Assembly: GCA_041179165.1 (NCBI GenBank)
Contig: JBEGTX010000161.1
Span: forward strand, 16,014-80,013
Direction of reading: 5' to 3'
Source: Pseudomonadota bacterium
Lineage (GTDB): Bacteria > Pseudomonadota > Gammaproteobacteria > Burkholderiales > Burkholderiaceae_C
Length of the DNA stretch: 64,000 nt
The notes below the pieces were generated by a model, which was given only the letters and a program-made list of their open reading frames with translations, did no database searches and was not told where the DNA came from. Within the stretch, counting starts at the first letter, position 1, and each line of letters opens with the position of its first letter. The translations under genes were made by a program, and so were the position numbers. Below are positions 28,758 to 41,436 of this stretch, piece after piece.

Positions 28758-31114
28758 CACAGAGTGCCTTGCACGACGGCCAGGGCCCGCAGGATGGACT
28801 CGGGCGTGGCCGGCGCGGTCAATGGCGGATCGACCCCATGGCCGCCCGCCGCAGAGATCGCATCGCGCAAGGCATAGAACACCGAGAACGACAGCAGCAG
28901 CGGCGGCTCGCCGGCCGCCTTGCTGCGGTGAATGCTGTCGGCAGGGTTGTCGGCCTCGAACAGCGACACGTTGAACACCGGCGGGCAGTCGTTGGCCGTC
29001 GGGATCTTGTAGGTGCTGGGGGCATGCGTGCTGAGGCGGCCGGTGACCGGATGCCACACGAGCTCTTCAGTGGTCAGCCAACCCATGCCTTGAATGAACG
29101 CCCCCTCCACCTGCCCGATGTCGAGCGCCGGATTGATGGACCGGCCGACGTCGTGCAACAGGTCGGCGCGCAGCAGCTTCCACTCGCCCGTGAGCGTGTC
29201 CACCATCACTTCGCTCACCGCGGCACCGTAGGCGAAGTAGTAGAAGGGTTTGCCTTGCAAGGTGCTGCGGTCCCAGTGCAGACCGGGCGTGGCGTAGAAG
29301 CCATCGGACCACAATTGAACGCGCGCGAAGTACGCCCGCTCGACCACCTCGTCGAAGGGCAGGCGCCGTCCCGCCACCTCCACCACGTCGTCGGCGAAGT
29401 GCACTTTGTCGGCACCCACCCCATGCTGCCGTGCCACGAAGTCGGCCAGACGTTCACGCAGTTGACGGGCCGCATCCTGCGCGGCCTTGCCGTTCAGGTC
29501 GCTGCCGGTGGATGCTGCCGTGGCCGAGGTGTTGGCCACCTTCTGGGTGTCGGTGGCGGTGACCCGGACCCGCTCAAACGCCACACCCAGTTCATGCGCC
29601 ACGACCTGAGCCACTTTGGTGTTGAGGCCCTGGCCCATTTCCGTGCCGCCGTGGTTCACCAGGATCGAGCCGTCGGCGTACACATGCACCAAGGCGCCAG
29701 CCTGGTTGAGATGAACCACGTTGAAGGAGATGCCGAACTTCACCGGCGTGAACGCGAGCCCGCGCTTGAGCACGGGGCTCAGGCTGTTGAAGTGGGAGGC
29801 CGCGTCGCGGCGCCGCCGGTAGTCGCTGTCGTGTTCGAGCTGCGAGGTCAGCGCATGCAGGATGTTGTCGTCGACCGTCTGGCCATACGGTGTGGCGTTG
29901 TTGCGCCCATCGCCGTAGTAGTTGAGCCGGCGCACATCCAGTGGATCGAGGCCCAGCCGGCGCGCGATGCTGTCGAGGATATTCTCGATGGCCATGGCGC
30001 CTTGGGGTCCGCCAAAGCCGCGAAAGGCCGTGTTCGATTGCGTGTTGGTGCGCGCCGAGTAGCCATGCATCAGCACCTCTGGAAGCCAGTAGGCGTTGTC
30101 GAAGTGGCACAGCGCGCGCGTCATCACCGGGCCCGACAGGTCGGCCGAATGGCCGGCACGCGACACCATCGACACCTCGCTCGCGAGCACCCGGCCCTCG
30201 TCATCGAAGCCCACGTCGTACTGGAAATGGAAGTCGTGCCGACGCCCCGTGACCAGGAAGTCGTCGTCACGATCGAGGCGCAACTTCACTGCGCGGCCGA
30301 GACGGCGCGCTGCCACCGCGGCCACGCAGGCGAACAGCGCCGACTGGCTCTCCTTGCCACCGAAGCCGCCGCCCATGCGCCGGCACACCACCTGAACATG
30401 GTGCGAGCGCAGGCCCAGCACCTTGGCCACCACATGCTGCATCTCGCTGGGATGCTGGGTGGAGCACTGCACCAACATGCCGCCGTCTTCCTGAGGCAGT
30501 GCATAACTGATCTGGCCCTCCAGGTAGAACTGTTCCTGGCCTCCCAGCTGGAAGGTGTCGGTGAGCCGATGCGGTGCACGGTCGAGCAACTCGGCCACCC
30601 TGCCCGGCGACGACTCGCGCTGAAGGTGCATGGGCGGCACCACATACTGCCCCGCCGCATGCGCTGCGAGCGGGTCGAGCACCGCAGGCCGGGGTGTGAT
30701 CGAGAGCACCTCGGCGGCGCGCGCCGCCGCCCGGCGAGCCGCATCGCGCGTGGTGGCGATGACGGCAAACACGGGCTGGCCCACGTAGCGCACCTCGCCG
30801 TCGGCAAAGATGGGGTCGTCGTGCACGATGGCGCCGCAATCGTTGGGGCCGGGCAGGTCGGCCGCGCTGATCACATCCACCACGCCCGGCAGCGTGCGCA
30901 GTGCCTGCAGGTCCATCGCTTCGATGCGGCCACACGCCACGGGCGACAGGCCCAATGCCGCGTGCAACGTGCCTGCCACCTCCGGCAGGTCGTCGACATA
31001 CGCGGCCTCTCCGGCCACGTGCAGATGAGCCGACTCATGGGGCCGAGCCACGCCCACGGCCGGGCCATTCGATCGCGATGGGGCCAGGCCGGGCATGTCG
31101 ACGGGTTTGTTCAT
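28757..31114 (-). CDS. xdhB: xanthine dehydrogenase molybdopterin-binding subunit
   Basis: 785 aa from ATG 31114 (MNKPVDMPGLAPSR...HESAHLHVAGEAAYVDD), with RRMGGGFGGKESQ and other aldehyde oxidase/xanthine dehydrogenase motifs. Confidence 0.93.
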   Translation of the reverse strand: MNKPVDMPGLAPSRSNGPAVGVARPHESAHLHVAGEAAYVDDLPEVAGTLHAALGLSPVACGRIEAMDLQALRTLPGVVDVISAADLPGPNDCGAIVHDDPIFADGEVRYVGQPVFAVIATTRDAARRAAARAAEVLSITPRPAVLDPLAAHAAGQYVVPPMHLQRESSPGRVAELLDRAPHRLTDTFQLGGQEQFYLEGQISYALPQEDGGMLVQCSTQHPSEMQHVVAKVLGLRSHHVQVVCRRMGGGFGGKESQSALFACVAAVAARRLGRAVKLRLDRDDDFLVTGRRHDFHFQYDVGFDDEGRVLASEVSMVSRAGHSADLSGPVMTRALCHFDNAYWLPEVLMHGYSARTNTQSNTAFRGFGGPQGAMAIENILDSIARRLGLDPLDVRRLNYYGDGRNNATPYGQTVDDNILHALTSQLEHDSDYRRRRDAASHFNSLSPVLKRGLAFTPVKFGISFNVVHLNQAGALVHVYADGSILVNHGGTEMGQGLNTKVAQVVAHELGVAFERVRVTATDTQKVANTSATAASTGSDLNGKAAQDAARQLRERLADFVARQHGVGADKVHFADDVVEVAGRRLPFDEVVERAYFARVQLWSDGFYATPGLHWDRSTLQGKPFYYFAYGAAVSEVMVDTLTGEWKLLRADLLHDVGRSINPALDIGQVEGAFIQGMGWLTTEELVWHPVTGRLSTHAPSTYKIPTANDCPPVFNVSLFEADNPADSIHRSKAAGEPPLLLSFSVFYALRDAISAAGGHGVDPPLTAPATPESILRALAVVQGTL

Positions 31115-31116
31115 GG

Positions 31117-32655
31117 TCAGCGCTTCGGTTCTGCAGGAAGAATGGGCCACACCCGCGTGGACCTCGGCGGCAGTGGATCGACACGTCGAGTCTCCAGCCA
31201 GAATCGCTGGAGCAGGTTCTGCGCCACCTGCAAGCGGTAGGCCGCGCTGGCCCGCAGATCGCTCAGCGGCTGGAAGTCGACGGCGAGCGCGAGCCGGGCA
31301 TGCTGCACCGCGCCCAGTGTCCACGCCTTGCCCATCAGCGCGGCTTCGGCGGTGCTCGCACGCTGCACAGTGGCCGCCATGCCGCCGAAGGCCAGGCGCA
31401 CCTGGGTCACGATGTTCTGCGCATCGACCTTCACCGACAGCCCGGCACACACCGCCGAGATGTCGCAATCGAAGCGCTTGCTGATCTTGTAGCTGCGCAC
31501 CTGCGCGTCGAACGCGTTCAGCGGCAACTCGATGGCGCTCAGCCACTCGCCCTCGGCCAACTGGTTCTCCATGTAGCCGAGGTAGAACGCATGAAGGGGC
31601 ACGCGCCGCTCCGCCGCGCCGTGTTGCAGCACCAGCACCGCGTCGAGCGCCAGCAGCACCGGCGCGCTGTCGCCTATCGGTGACCCATTGGCCAGGTTGC
31701 CGCCCAGCGTGCCCGCATGGCGAATGGGCGGTGAGGCAAAGCGGCGCCACACCTCCGTCAGCTCAGGTGCATGCGAAGCGAGGGCAGCCCAGGCGACTTC
31801 GAGCGACACCCCGGCACCGACGTGCAGCACGCCATCGCGCTGCGAGATTGTCTTGAGGGCCTTCACCTCCCCGAGGTAGACAATGTCGCCCAGGTCACGC
31901 AACTGCTTGTTGACCCACAGACCGATGTCGGTGCAGCCGGACAGCAGCGTGGCGTGCGGCTGTGCCAGGCGCAGTGCTGCCAGTTCGTCGATGGTGCGCG
32001 GTGCGCTGAACACATCGGTTCGCAGGGCATTTGGATTCACATCGTGGCGCGATGGGCCCTGGTAGCGGAAGACGGTGTCTCGCTGCAACGGCCGCAAGGC
32101 CGTCGCCACGCCGGGCGCGTCGAACACCACCGGGGGCAGCGCGAACATCCGTTCGCCCGCATCGAGGATGGGGCGGTAACCGGTGCAGCGGCAGAGGTTG
32201 CCCGACAGCGCATCGGCCAACTGCGCGCGTGAGGGCGGCACGGTTCCGGGTTCGGTCTGCACATAGGCCAGCCACAGCGACATCACGAAGCCCGGGGTGC
32301 AGAAACCGCACTGCGACGCGTGGCTGTCGACCATGGCCTGTTGCACCGGATGCAAGCTGCCACCGTTCATGGGCTTGAGGTCTTCGACCGTGAACAAGGC
32401 GCGCCCGTCGAGCGTGGGCAGGAACTGCAGACAGGCGTTGACCGTCTTGAGGGCCAGTCCGGTGCTGCCCGCCGTGTCGTCGAGCTCGGCCACGACCACC
32501 GTGCAGGCGCCGCAGTCGCCCTCGTTGCAGCCCTCTTTCGTGCCGACGCAGCCCGCGTCTTCGCGCAGCCAGTCGAGCACGGAGCGGGTCGTGGCCACAC
32601 CAGTGACCTCGACCGTCTGGCCGCGGTGGTGGAAGCGAATGGGTTGAGTGCTCAT
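31117..32655 (-). CDS. xdhA: xanthine dehydrogenase small subunit (2Fe-2S + FAD-binding)
   Basis: 512 aa from ATG 32655. Carries GCNEGDCGACTVVV and SQCGFCTPGF iron-sulfur motifs followed by an FAD-binding domain. Confidence 0.93.
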   Translation of the reverse strand: MSTQPIRFHHRGQTVEVTGVATTRSVLDWLREDAGCVGTKEGCNEGDCGACTVVVAELDDTAGSTGLALKTVNACLQFLPTLDGRALFTVEDLKPMNGGSLHPVQQAMVDSHASQCGFCTPGFVMSLWLAYVQTEPGTVPPSRAQLADALSGNLCRCTGYRPILDAGERMFALPPVVFDAPGVATALRPLQRDTVFRYQGPSRHDVNPNALRTDVFSAPRTIDELAALRLAQPHATLLSGCTDIGLWVNKQLRDLGDIVYLGEVKALKTISQRDGVLHVGAGVSLEVAWAALASHAPELTEVWRRFASPPIRHAGTLGGNLANGSPIGDSAPVLLALDAVLVLQHGAAERRVPLHAFYLGYMENQLAEGEWLSAIELPLNAFDAQVRSYKISKRFDCDISAVCAGLSVKVDAQNIVTQVRLAFGGMAATVQRASTAEAALMGKAWTLGAVQHARLALAVDFQPLSDLRASAAYRLQVAQNLLQRFWLETRRVDPLPPRSTRVWPILPAEPKR

Positions 32656-32821
32656 GGCTGGAAAGGATAGGACGAACCAGCCCGCAATGGATACGATAGA
32701 CGCGCTGACGCGACATCCTCGTGGCAAATATCATCGCGCCTCACCCAGAATACAACCGGACTTTCCGCCCCAAGCCAAAGCATGGCCCGTGCCGGGCTGA
32801 CCCCCTCTCACCCTCCCACCC

Positions 32822-34135
32822 ATGCCCCTTCCCCACCCCACCCGACTGGCGCTGCGTGGCGACCTGCTCGATTTCAGCGGTGACCCGGCCTGGGGCGAAC
32901 CCGACTCGCCCGCGGTGCGTTTTCGGGCTGACCACTGGCTGCTCATCGACGACGGGCGCATTCAGGGCGTGCAACCCGGCTCGCAAGCCCCCGACGCCAG
33001 CTATGCCCAGCGAGACCACCGCGGCCGCCTCATCTTGCCTGGCTTCATCGACACCCACGTCCACAGCCCCCAGCTCGACGTGATCGGCAGCTACGGCACG
33101 GCCCTGCTCGACTGGCTCGAGACCCACACCTTCCCCGCTGAAAAGCGCTTTGCCGACGTGGGTGAGGCCACACGCGGCGCCGTGCGTTTTCTCGATGCGC
33201 TGCTGGCCCATGGCACCACCAGCGCAGTCGTGTTCGCCACCGTGCATCCGCACAGTGCCGACGCGCTTTTTGCAGCGGCACAGGCTCGCGGCATGCGCCT
33301 CATCACCGGCAACGTGCTGATGGACCGCGGACCCGAGGGGCTGCGCGACGACGTCGTCCAGGCCGAGCAGGACTCGCTCGCCCTCATCCAGCGATGGCAT
33401 GGCGTGGACCGGCTGGCCTATGCGGTCACCGTGCGCTTCGCCCTCACCAGCTCGCCCGCACAACTTGCGATGGCTGGTGCGCTGTGCGCCAGCCAGAGTG
33501 GTGTGTACATGCAGACCCATGTGGCGGAAAACCTGGCCGAGGTGGCCGAGGTCAAGAAGCTCTTTCCCACGGCACGCAGCTACCTCGACGTGTATGACCA
33601 GGCCGGCCTCCTCAACGCACGCAGCGTGCTGGCCCATGGCGTGTGGCTCGACGACACCGACCGCGCGGTGCTGCATGCCTGTGGCGCCCACATTGCCCAC
33701 AGCCCATCGTCCAACCTCTTTCTGGGCAGCGGCCTCTTCGACTGGTGCGCCTGCGAGAAAGCCGGCGTGGGCGTGAGCGTGGCCACCGATGTGGGTGGGG
33801 GCACCAGCCTGTCGCTGCTGCGCACGCTGGGCGACGCCTACAAGGTGCAGGCCATGGCCGGCCAGCGCCTCACCGCATGGAAAGGGCTGCACGCCTGCAC
33901 GCGCGGCGCGGCAGAGGCCTTGGGCCTTGGCCACGAGATCGGTTCGCTCGAACCCGGACTGCTGGCCGACGTCTGCATCTGGGACCGTGCCGTCGGCCCG
34001 GTCGCTTCACGCCGGCTCGAGGTGGCGCAGGGCTTGCATGAGCAGATCTTTGCCTGGATGACGCTGGGCGACGAGCGCAACCTGAGAGAAACCTATGTGG
34101 CGGGACAACGGAAGTACCAGCGTGAAGCCACCTGA
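32822..34135 (+). CDS. guaD: guanine deaminase
   Basis: 437 aa. LRGDLLDFSGDP..., PGFIDTHVHSPQ (amidohydrolase HxH), and TALLDWLETHTFPAE typical of guanine deaminases. Confidence 0.9.
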   Translation: MPLPHPTRLALRGDLLDFSGDPAWGEPDSPAVRFRADHWLLIDDGRIQGVQPGSQAPDASYAQRDHRGRLILPGFIDTHVHSPQLDVIGSYGTALLDWLETHTFPAEKRFADVGEATRGAVRFLDALLAHGTTSAVVFATVHPHSADALFAAAQARGMRLITGNVLMDRGPEGLRDDVVQAEQDSLALIQRWHGVDRLAYAVTVRFALTSSPAQLAMAGALCASQSGVYMQTHVAENLAEVAEVKKLFPTARSYLDVYDQAGLLNARSVLAHGVWLDDTDRAVLHACGAHIAHSPSSNLFLGSGLFDWCACEKAGVGVSVATDVGGGTSLSLLRTLGDAYKVQAMAGQRLTAWKGLHACTRGAAEALGLGHEIGSLEPGLLADVCIWDRAVGPVASRRLEVAQGLHEQIFAWMTLGDERNLRETYVAGQRKYQREAT

Positions 34136-35669
34136 TGCCACGGCCAGACTCCAGCTCATCGGCCTGAGCAAACAATACCCCTCGGTCAAAGCCAACGACC
34201 GGGTGAGCCTGAGCGTGTTGCCAGGCGAGATCCACGCCGTGCTGGGCGAAAACGGGGCGGGCAAGTCCACCCTCATGAAGATGATCTACGGCGCCGTGCG
34301 CCCGGACGAGGGCGACATCCACTGGAACGGGCGACTCGTCACCATCCGCAGCCCGCACGAAGCGCGCGCGCTGGGCATCAGCATGGTGTTCCAGCACTTC
34401 AGCTTGTTCGACACGCTCACGGCGGCCGAGAACGTCTGGCTCGGACTCGACCGCTCGCTCACACTCCGGCAGGTGACGCAGCAGATCACCGAAGTGGCCC
34501 AGGTCTACGGCCTGGACGTCGATCCGCTGCGCCCGGTCCACACCTTGTCGGTCGGTGAACGCCAGCGGGTGGAGATCGTGCGCGCGCTGATGACCCGGCC
34601 CCAGTTGCTCATCCTCGACGAGCCCACGTCGGTGCTCACGCCCCAGGCTGTTCAAACCCTGTTCACCACGCTGCGCCAGCTCGCCAGCGAAGGCTGCAGC
34701 ATCCTCTACATCAGCCACAAGCTCGATGAAATTCGGGCGCTCTGCCACCGCTGCACGGTGCTGCGGGGCGGCCGCGTCACCGGCGAGGTCGACCCGCGAC
34801 ACGAGTCGAACGCCAGCCTGTCGCGCCTGATGATCGGCGCAGAGCCACCGCCGCTGCAGCATCGGCCGTCACAGCCCGGCAAGTTGGTGCTCGGCGTCAG
34901 GGGACTGACACTCGCGCACCGGGATCAATTCGGTGTCACGCTGCACGGCATCGGGCTGGATGTGCGGGCCGGAGAGATCGTCGGCATCGCGGGCGTGTCG
35001 GGCAACGGACAGCAGGAGCTCATGGCGGCGCTCTCGGGCGAAGACCCTCGGGCAGCGCACTCGGCCATCACGCTGTGCGGCCACGCCATCGGCCGCAGCC
35101 CACCGCGCGACCGACGACGCCAGGGGCTGCACTTCGTACCCGAAGAACGGCTCGGCCGCGGCGCGGTACCGGGGCTGCCACTGGCGGCCAACACCTTGCT
35201 CACGCGCACGCAGGCCGTCACAGGTGCGGGGTGGATCGACACCACGGCGGTCACTGCCCTGGCTCACCGGCTGATCCAGCAGTTCAATGTGAAGGCGGGT
35301 GGCCCCGAAGCGACGGCCAAGAGCCTGTCGGGGGGCAACCTGCAGAAGTTCATCATGGGGCGCGAGATCGATGCCAACCCCAAGCTGCTCATCGTGTCGC
35401 AGCCCACCTGGGGCGTCGACGTGGGCGCGGCCGCGCAGATCCGCGCCGCCTTGCTGGCGTTGCGCGAGGCCGGATGCGCCGTGCTGGTGGTGAGCGAAGA
35501 ACTCGACGAGCTGTTCGCGCTCAGCGACCGGCTGCATGTGATCGCCCGAGGGCGGCTGTCCCCCGCCATCGCCACGGCAGACGCCACCATCGAACAGATC
35601 GGCGAATGGATGTCGGGCCTGTGGCCAAGCGCCGCATCATCACCACAAGCCGCCCATGCTGAAGCTTGA
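34095..35669 (+). CDS. ABC transporter ATP-binding protein (two fused NBDs, BMP/nucleoside-type importer)
   Basis: Walker A GENGAGKST and GVSGNGQQE, with LSVGERQRVEI and LSGGNLQKF signatures. The start is ATG 34095 (41-nt overlap with guaD) or GTG 34122. Confidence 0.9.
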   Translation: MWRDNGSTSVKPPDATARLQLIGLSKQYPSVKANDRVSLSVLPGEIHAVLGENGAGKSTLMKMIYGAVRPDEGDIHWNGRLVTIRSPHEARALGISMVFQHFSLFDTLTAAENVWLGLDRSLTLRQVTQQITEVAQVYGLDVDPLRPVHTLSVGERQRVEIVRALMTRPQLLILDEPTSVLTPQAVQTLFTTLRQLASEGCSILYISHKLDEIRALCHRCTVLRGGRVTGEVDPRHESNASLSRLMIGAEPPPLQHRPSQPGKLVLGVRGLTLAHRDQFGVTLHGIGLDVRAGEIVGIAGVSGNGQQELMAALSGEDPRAAHSAITLCGHAIGRSPPRDRRRQGLHFVPEERLGRGAVPGLPLAANTLLTRTQAVTGAGWIDTTAVTALAHRLIQQFNVKAGGPEATAKSLSGGNLQKFIMGREIDANPKLLIVSQPTWGVDVGAAAQIRAALLALREAGCAVLVVSEELDELFALSDRLHVIARGRLSPAIATADATIEQIGEWMSGLWPSAASSPQAAHAEA

Positions 35670-36765
35670 ACCGCGCGTCCAGTCCAGCCGCGTGATGGCC
35701 GTGGCCTCGCCGCTGCTGGCCTTATCCATCACGGTGCTCATCTGCACGGCCATGTTCATCTGGCTGGACAAGGACCCGCTGCGCGGCCTGCAGATGTTTT
35801 TCGTGGAGCCGATCAAGAACGCGCAGGCCTTGTCGGAGCTGGCCGTGAAGGCCACGCCGCTGCTGCTCATTGCACTCGGCCTGGCCGTGTGTTTCCGCGC
35901 CAACGTCTGGAACATCGGTGCAGAAGGCCAGTTCATTCTGGGTGCGGTGGCCGCAGGCGGTGTGGCCATGTGGGCCGGGCCCGCGCCCAGCCGGTGGATC
36001 GTGCTGCCCATCCTGTTGGCCGGAGTGGTCGGCGGCATGGCGTGGGCCGCCATCGTGGCGCTGCTGCGTGACCGCGCCCGTGCGAACGAAATTCTCGTGA
36101 GCCTGATGCTCGTCTACGTGGCCAAGCTCACGCTCGACTACCTGGTGTTCGGCCCCTGGAAAGACCCCGCCGGCTACAACTTCCCGCAAACAGTGCGCTT
36201 CGCGGATGCGACACAGATCCCGCGCCTGTTCGACGGCCTGCGCATCAACATCGGTGTGCTGATGGCACTGGCCACGGCCGGGGCCTGCTGGGTGTTCTTG
36301 TTCCGCACCTACGCGGGTTTCCAGATGCAGGTGGGCGGCATGGCCCCCGCCGCGGCGCGCTATGCGGGCTTTTCAAGCCGCCGCGCTCTGTGGCTGGCAC
36401 TGCTGGGTTCGGGCGGCCTGGCCGGCTTGGCCGGCGCGCTCGAGGTGACCGGCCCGCTGGGGCAGCTCACCCCGTATGTGCCCGCGGGCTACGGCTTTGC
36501 CGCCATCATCGTGGCCTTCGTGGGGCGGCTGCACCCCGGAGGCATCGTGCTGTCGGCCGTGCTGATGAGCATGTTCTACATCGGCGGTGAACTCGCGCAG
36601 TCGCGCATGGGCCTTCCCAAGTCACTCACCGGTGTGTTCCAGGGCCTGCTGCTGTTCACGCTGCTGGCCTGCGACACCTTGGTCGCCCATCGCGTGCGCT
36701 GGCAGCACAGGCCCACACGCGCCACCCCGGCCACGCCAGCCACGGCACCCAAGGAGGTCAGTTGA
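35656..36765 (+). CDS. ABC transporter permease
   Basis: 369-aa polytopic protein that overlaps the ATPase gene by 14 nt. Confidence 0.88.
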   Translation: MLKLEPRVQSSRVMAVASPLLALSITVLICTAMFIWLDKDPLRGLQMFFVEPIKNAQALSELAVKATPLLLIALGLAVCFRANVWNIGAEGQFILGAVAAGGVAMWAGPAPSRWIVLPILLAGVVGGMAWAAIVALLRDRARANEILVSLMLVYVAKLTLDYLVFGPWKDPAGYNFPQTVRFADATQIPRLFDGLRINIGVLMALATAGACWVFLFRTYAGFQMQVGGMAPAAARYAGFSSRRALWLALLGSGGLAGLAGALEVTGPLGQLTPYVPAGYGFAAIIVAFVGRLHPGGIVLSAVLMSMFYIGGELAQSRMGLPKSLTGVFQGLLLFTLLACDTLVAHRVRWQHRPTRATPATPATAPKEVS

Positions 36766-37685
36766 TGGACGCGCTGGCGCTTCTTCTCGCCACCACGCTG
36801 AGCGCGGGCACGGTGCTCGCATTCGCATCGCTGGGCCTGTTGCTCAACGAGCGCGCCGGCATCGTGAACCTCGGGGCCGAAGGCATGATGCTGGTGTCGG
36901 CGCTCGCCGGCTTCGCGGTGGCGGTGCACAGCGGCCATGATGCACTGGGCTTGGCCGCGGGCGCGGCAGCAGGTGCCGCCATGGCCGCGGCTTTCGGCGT
37001 GCTCGTGATCTGGCTCAACACCAACCAGTACGCGACCGGCCTCGCGCTCAGCCTCTTCGGTGCCGGGTTCTCTGCGTTCATGGGCTTGTCGTTCACGCGC
37101 CAGACACTGCCAGCACGACCCCGCTTCGCGGTGCCGTGGCTGTCGGACCTGCCCTTCATCGGGCCGGCTCTGTTCCGCCAGCACCCGATGGTCTACCTGG
37201 CCATCGCCCTCACGCTGGGGCTGATGTGGTTCTTGTACCGCTCACGCGCGGGCCTCGTGCTGCGCGCCGTGGGTGAGTCCCCCGAATCGGCGCATGCGCT
37301 GGGCTATCCGGTGCGCCGCATCCGGCTGCTGGCGGTGGTGGCAGGCGGTGCGCTGTGCGGCGTGTCGGGCGCCTACATCTCGGTGGTGTACACACCGCTC
37401 TGGGCCGAGGGCATGGTGGCAGGCAAAGGCTGGATCGCGCTCGCTCTCACGACCTTCGCCACCTGGCGTCCGGCACGCGTATTGCTCGGTGCCTACCTGT
37501 TCGGGGGCGTGACCATGCTCGAGCTGTACCTCCAGCAACAGGGCGTGGCAGTGCCCATCCAGGTCCTCGGCATGCTGCCCTATGTGGCCACCATCGTGGT
37601 GCTGGTGCTGATCTCGCGCAATGCCACCTGGATCCGTGTGAACATGCCGGCCTCGCTCGGCAAGCCGTTCACGCCCAGCGGCTGA
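36765..37685 (+). CDS. ABC transporter permease
   Basis: 306-aa polytopic protein. ATG 36765 overlaps the upstream stop (TGATG), and AAGGAGG lies at 36751-36757. Confidence 0.88.
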   Translation: MDALALLLATTLSAGTVLAFASLGLLLNERAGIVNLGAEGMMLVSALAGFAVAVHSGHDALGLAAGAAAGAAMAAAFGVLVIWLNTNQYATGLALSLFGAGFSAFMGLSFTRQTLPARPRFAVPWLSDLPFIGPALFRQHPMVYLAIALTLGLMWFLYRSRAGLVLRAVGESPESAHALGYPVRRIRLLAVVAGGALCGVSGAYISVVYTPLWAEGMVAGKGWIALALTTFATWRPARVLLGAYLFGGVTMLELYLQQQGVAVPIQVLGMLPYVATIVVLVLISRNATWIRVNMPASLGKPFTPSG

Positions 37686-37791
37686 ACGGACTGTGCCGAC
37701 CCGGAGCCGGCGGTGCGGCACGCAGTGATAATTCGCCGATGCGTCTTCCACGTGCCGGCTGTGCAAGTGGCGTCTTTCATCTGGAGTAGAC

Positions 37792-40117
<2,326 letters not shown>

Positions 40118-40148
40118 TCGGCCCCTTCGTTCTCCAACCACCCCTGCC

Positions 40149-40436
40149 ATGACCTCTCTCACCTGTGTGGCCACCGAGGTGATCACCACCCACCAGAAAC
40201 CCGTGGGCTACGCCTACCGCACCGCACCCGCCACGCCCACCGACAGCGGCTGGCGCTTTCTCAGCGGCAGCGAAAGCGAAAAGTACATGAACCAGCCCAC
40301 GCACTACATCACCTGCGTGCTGGCCGACTTTGCCCTCGAGCACCCCGAGGTCACGCCCCTGCTGGAGCATCCCACCGGCTCGGCCTTCGAACGCAGCAGC
40401 GCCAGCGAGGCTTTCGAAGCAGTGCCCTTGGAATGA
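40149..40436 (+). CDS. DUF2185 (Imm33-like) domain protein
   Basis: 95 aa. PTDSGWRFLSGSESEKYMNQP...ALEHPEVTPLLEHPTGSAFER matches the DUF2185 pattern as I recall it. Confidence 0.65.
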   Translation: MTSLTCVATEVITTHQKPVGYAYRTAPATPTDSGWRFLSGSESEKYMNQPTHYITCVLADFALEHPEVTPLLEHPTGSAFERSSASEAFEAVPLE

Positions 40437-40966
40437 ACGGGCTCCAGTTCCGAGACGCCGGCCTCTCCGATGCCCCCGCCCTTGCCGAGCTGGTGAACCG
40501 GGCTTACCGGCCGCCGGCAGGCACGGGCGGCTGGACCCATGAATCCGATCTGGTCGACGGCGCGCGCATCACCGCGGCGCAAGTCGCTGCGCTGATCGGG
40601 CATGGCAACTCGTGTCTGCTGCTGGTCCACCTGGGCGAACAACTGGCCGGATGTGTGCATGTGGAGCCGCATGACCTGTCGTGCCACATCGGCCTGCTGG
40701 CCGTGGAGCCGAGCCTGCAAGTGCAAGGCGTCGGCCGGCAATTGCTGCAGACGGCCGAGGCGCTGGCGGTGGAACGCTTCGAGGCCCGTGTGCTGGAGAT
40801 GGCCGTCGTCACTGCGCGCACGAGCCTCATGGCGTTCTACGTGCGGCGCGGTTACCTGCCTGAAGGCAAACTGGAGCCCTACCCGGTCGATGCCGGCGTG
40901 GGCACGCCGCGCGGCGAGCCCTTGCATTTGCAGCGCCTGGTCAAACATGTGGAGACACGAGGCTGA
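40433..40966 (+). CDS. GNAT-family N-acetyltransferase
   Basis: 177 aa with the acetyl-CoA motif LAVEPSLQVQGVGRQLL and FYVRRGY. ATGA overlap with the DUF2185 gene. Confidence 0.85.
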   Translation: MNGLQFRDAGLSDAPALAELVNRAYRPPAGTGGWTHESDLVDGARITAAQVAALIGHGNSCLLLVHLGEQLAGCVHVEPHDLSCHIGLLAVEPSLQVQGVGRQLLQTAEALAVERFEARVLEMAVVTARTSLMAFYVRRGYLPEGKLEPYPVDAGVGTPRGEPLHLQRLVKHVETRG

Positions 40967-41043
40967 GGTTTTCTGCGCGATGGCAGAATCGTTGCAGATC
41001 CCACCGTCTCGCGGTGACTCTTCAGCCTTGTGGAGCGTTCGAC

Positions 41044-41400
41044 ATGCCTTCTTTCATCCGTTGTGCCGGTGCCGCCCTGGTGGTGTTGCTCGGCAGCCTC
41101 TCGGCTGCCGCTCAGGCCCAGAACCTGCGCTGCAAGAATGATTTCGTACAACCCGGCGACTCCAAACTCTCGGTCATCGAAAAGTGCGGCGAGCCCGTGT
41201 TGCAAGACTCCTTCTGCAAACCTTTGCCCGCGGCCTCCGAACCACGGCCGGTGGTCACGCAAGGCAACGTGCTCAACGTGCGCCCCTGCGAAAGGCTCGA
41301 TGAATGGTCGTACAAGCCCGGCGCGGGTCAGTTCATCACCATTTTGCAGTTCGAGCAGGGCAAGGTGTCATCGATCCGCTACGGCAGCCGCATTCCCTGA
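41044..41400 (+). CDS. DUF2845 secreted protein
   Basis: Signal peptide MPSFIRCAGAALVVLLGSLSAAAQA, then C..DFVQPGDSKLSVIEKCGEP...DEWSYKPGAGQFITILQFEQGKVSSI, the typical DUF2845 pattern. Confidence 0.7.
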   Translation: MPSFIRCAGAALVVLLGSLSAAAQAQNLRCKNDFVQPGDSKLSVIEKCGEPVLQDSFCKPLPAASEPRPVVTQGNVLNVRPCERLDEWSYKPGAGQFITILQFEQGKVSSIRYGSRIP

Positions 41401-41436
41401 ACCACCCGCAGGGAGCGGGCCGCTCGGTGCAGCGGC

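Noticed and set aside
28769-31240. 823-aa plus-strand ORF
   Set aside because: Antisense to xdhB. No motifs. Same high-GC shadow explanation.
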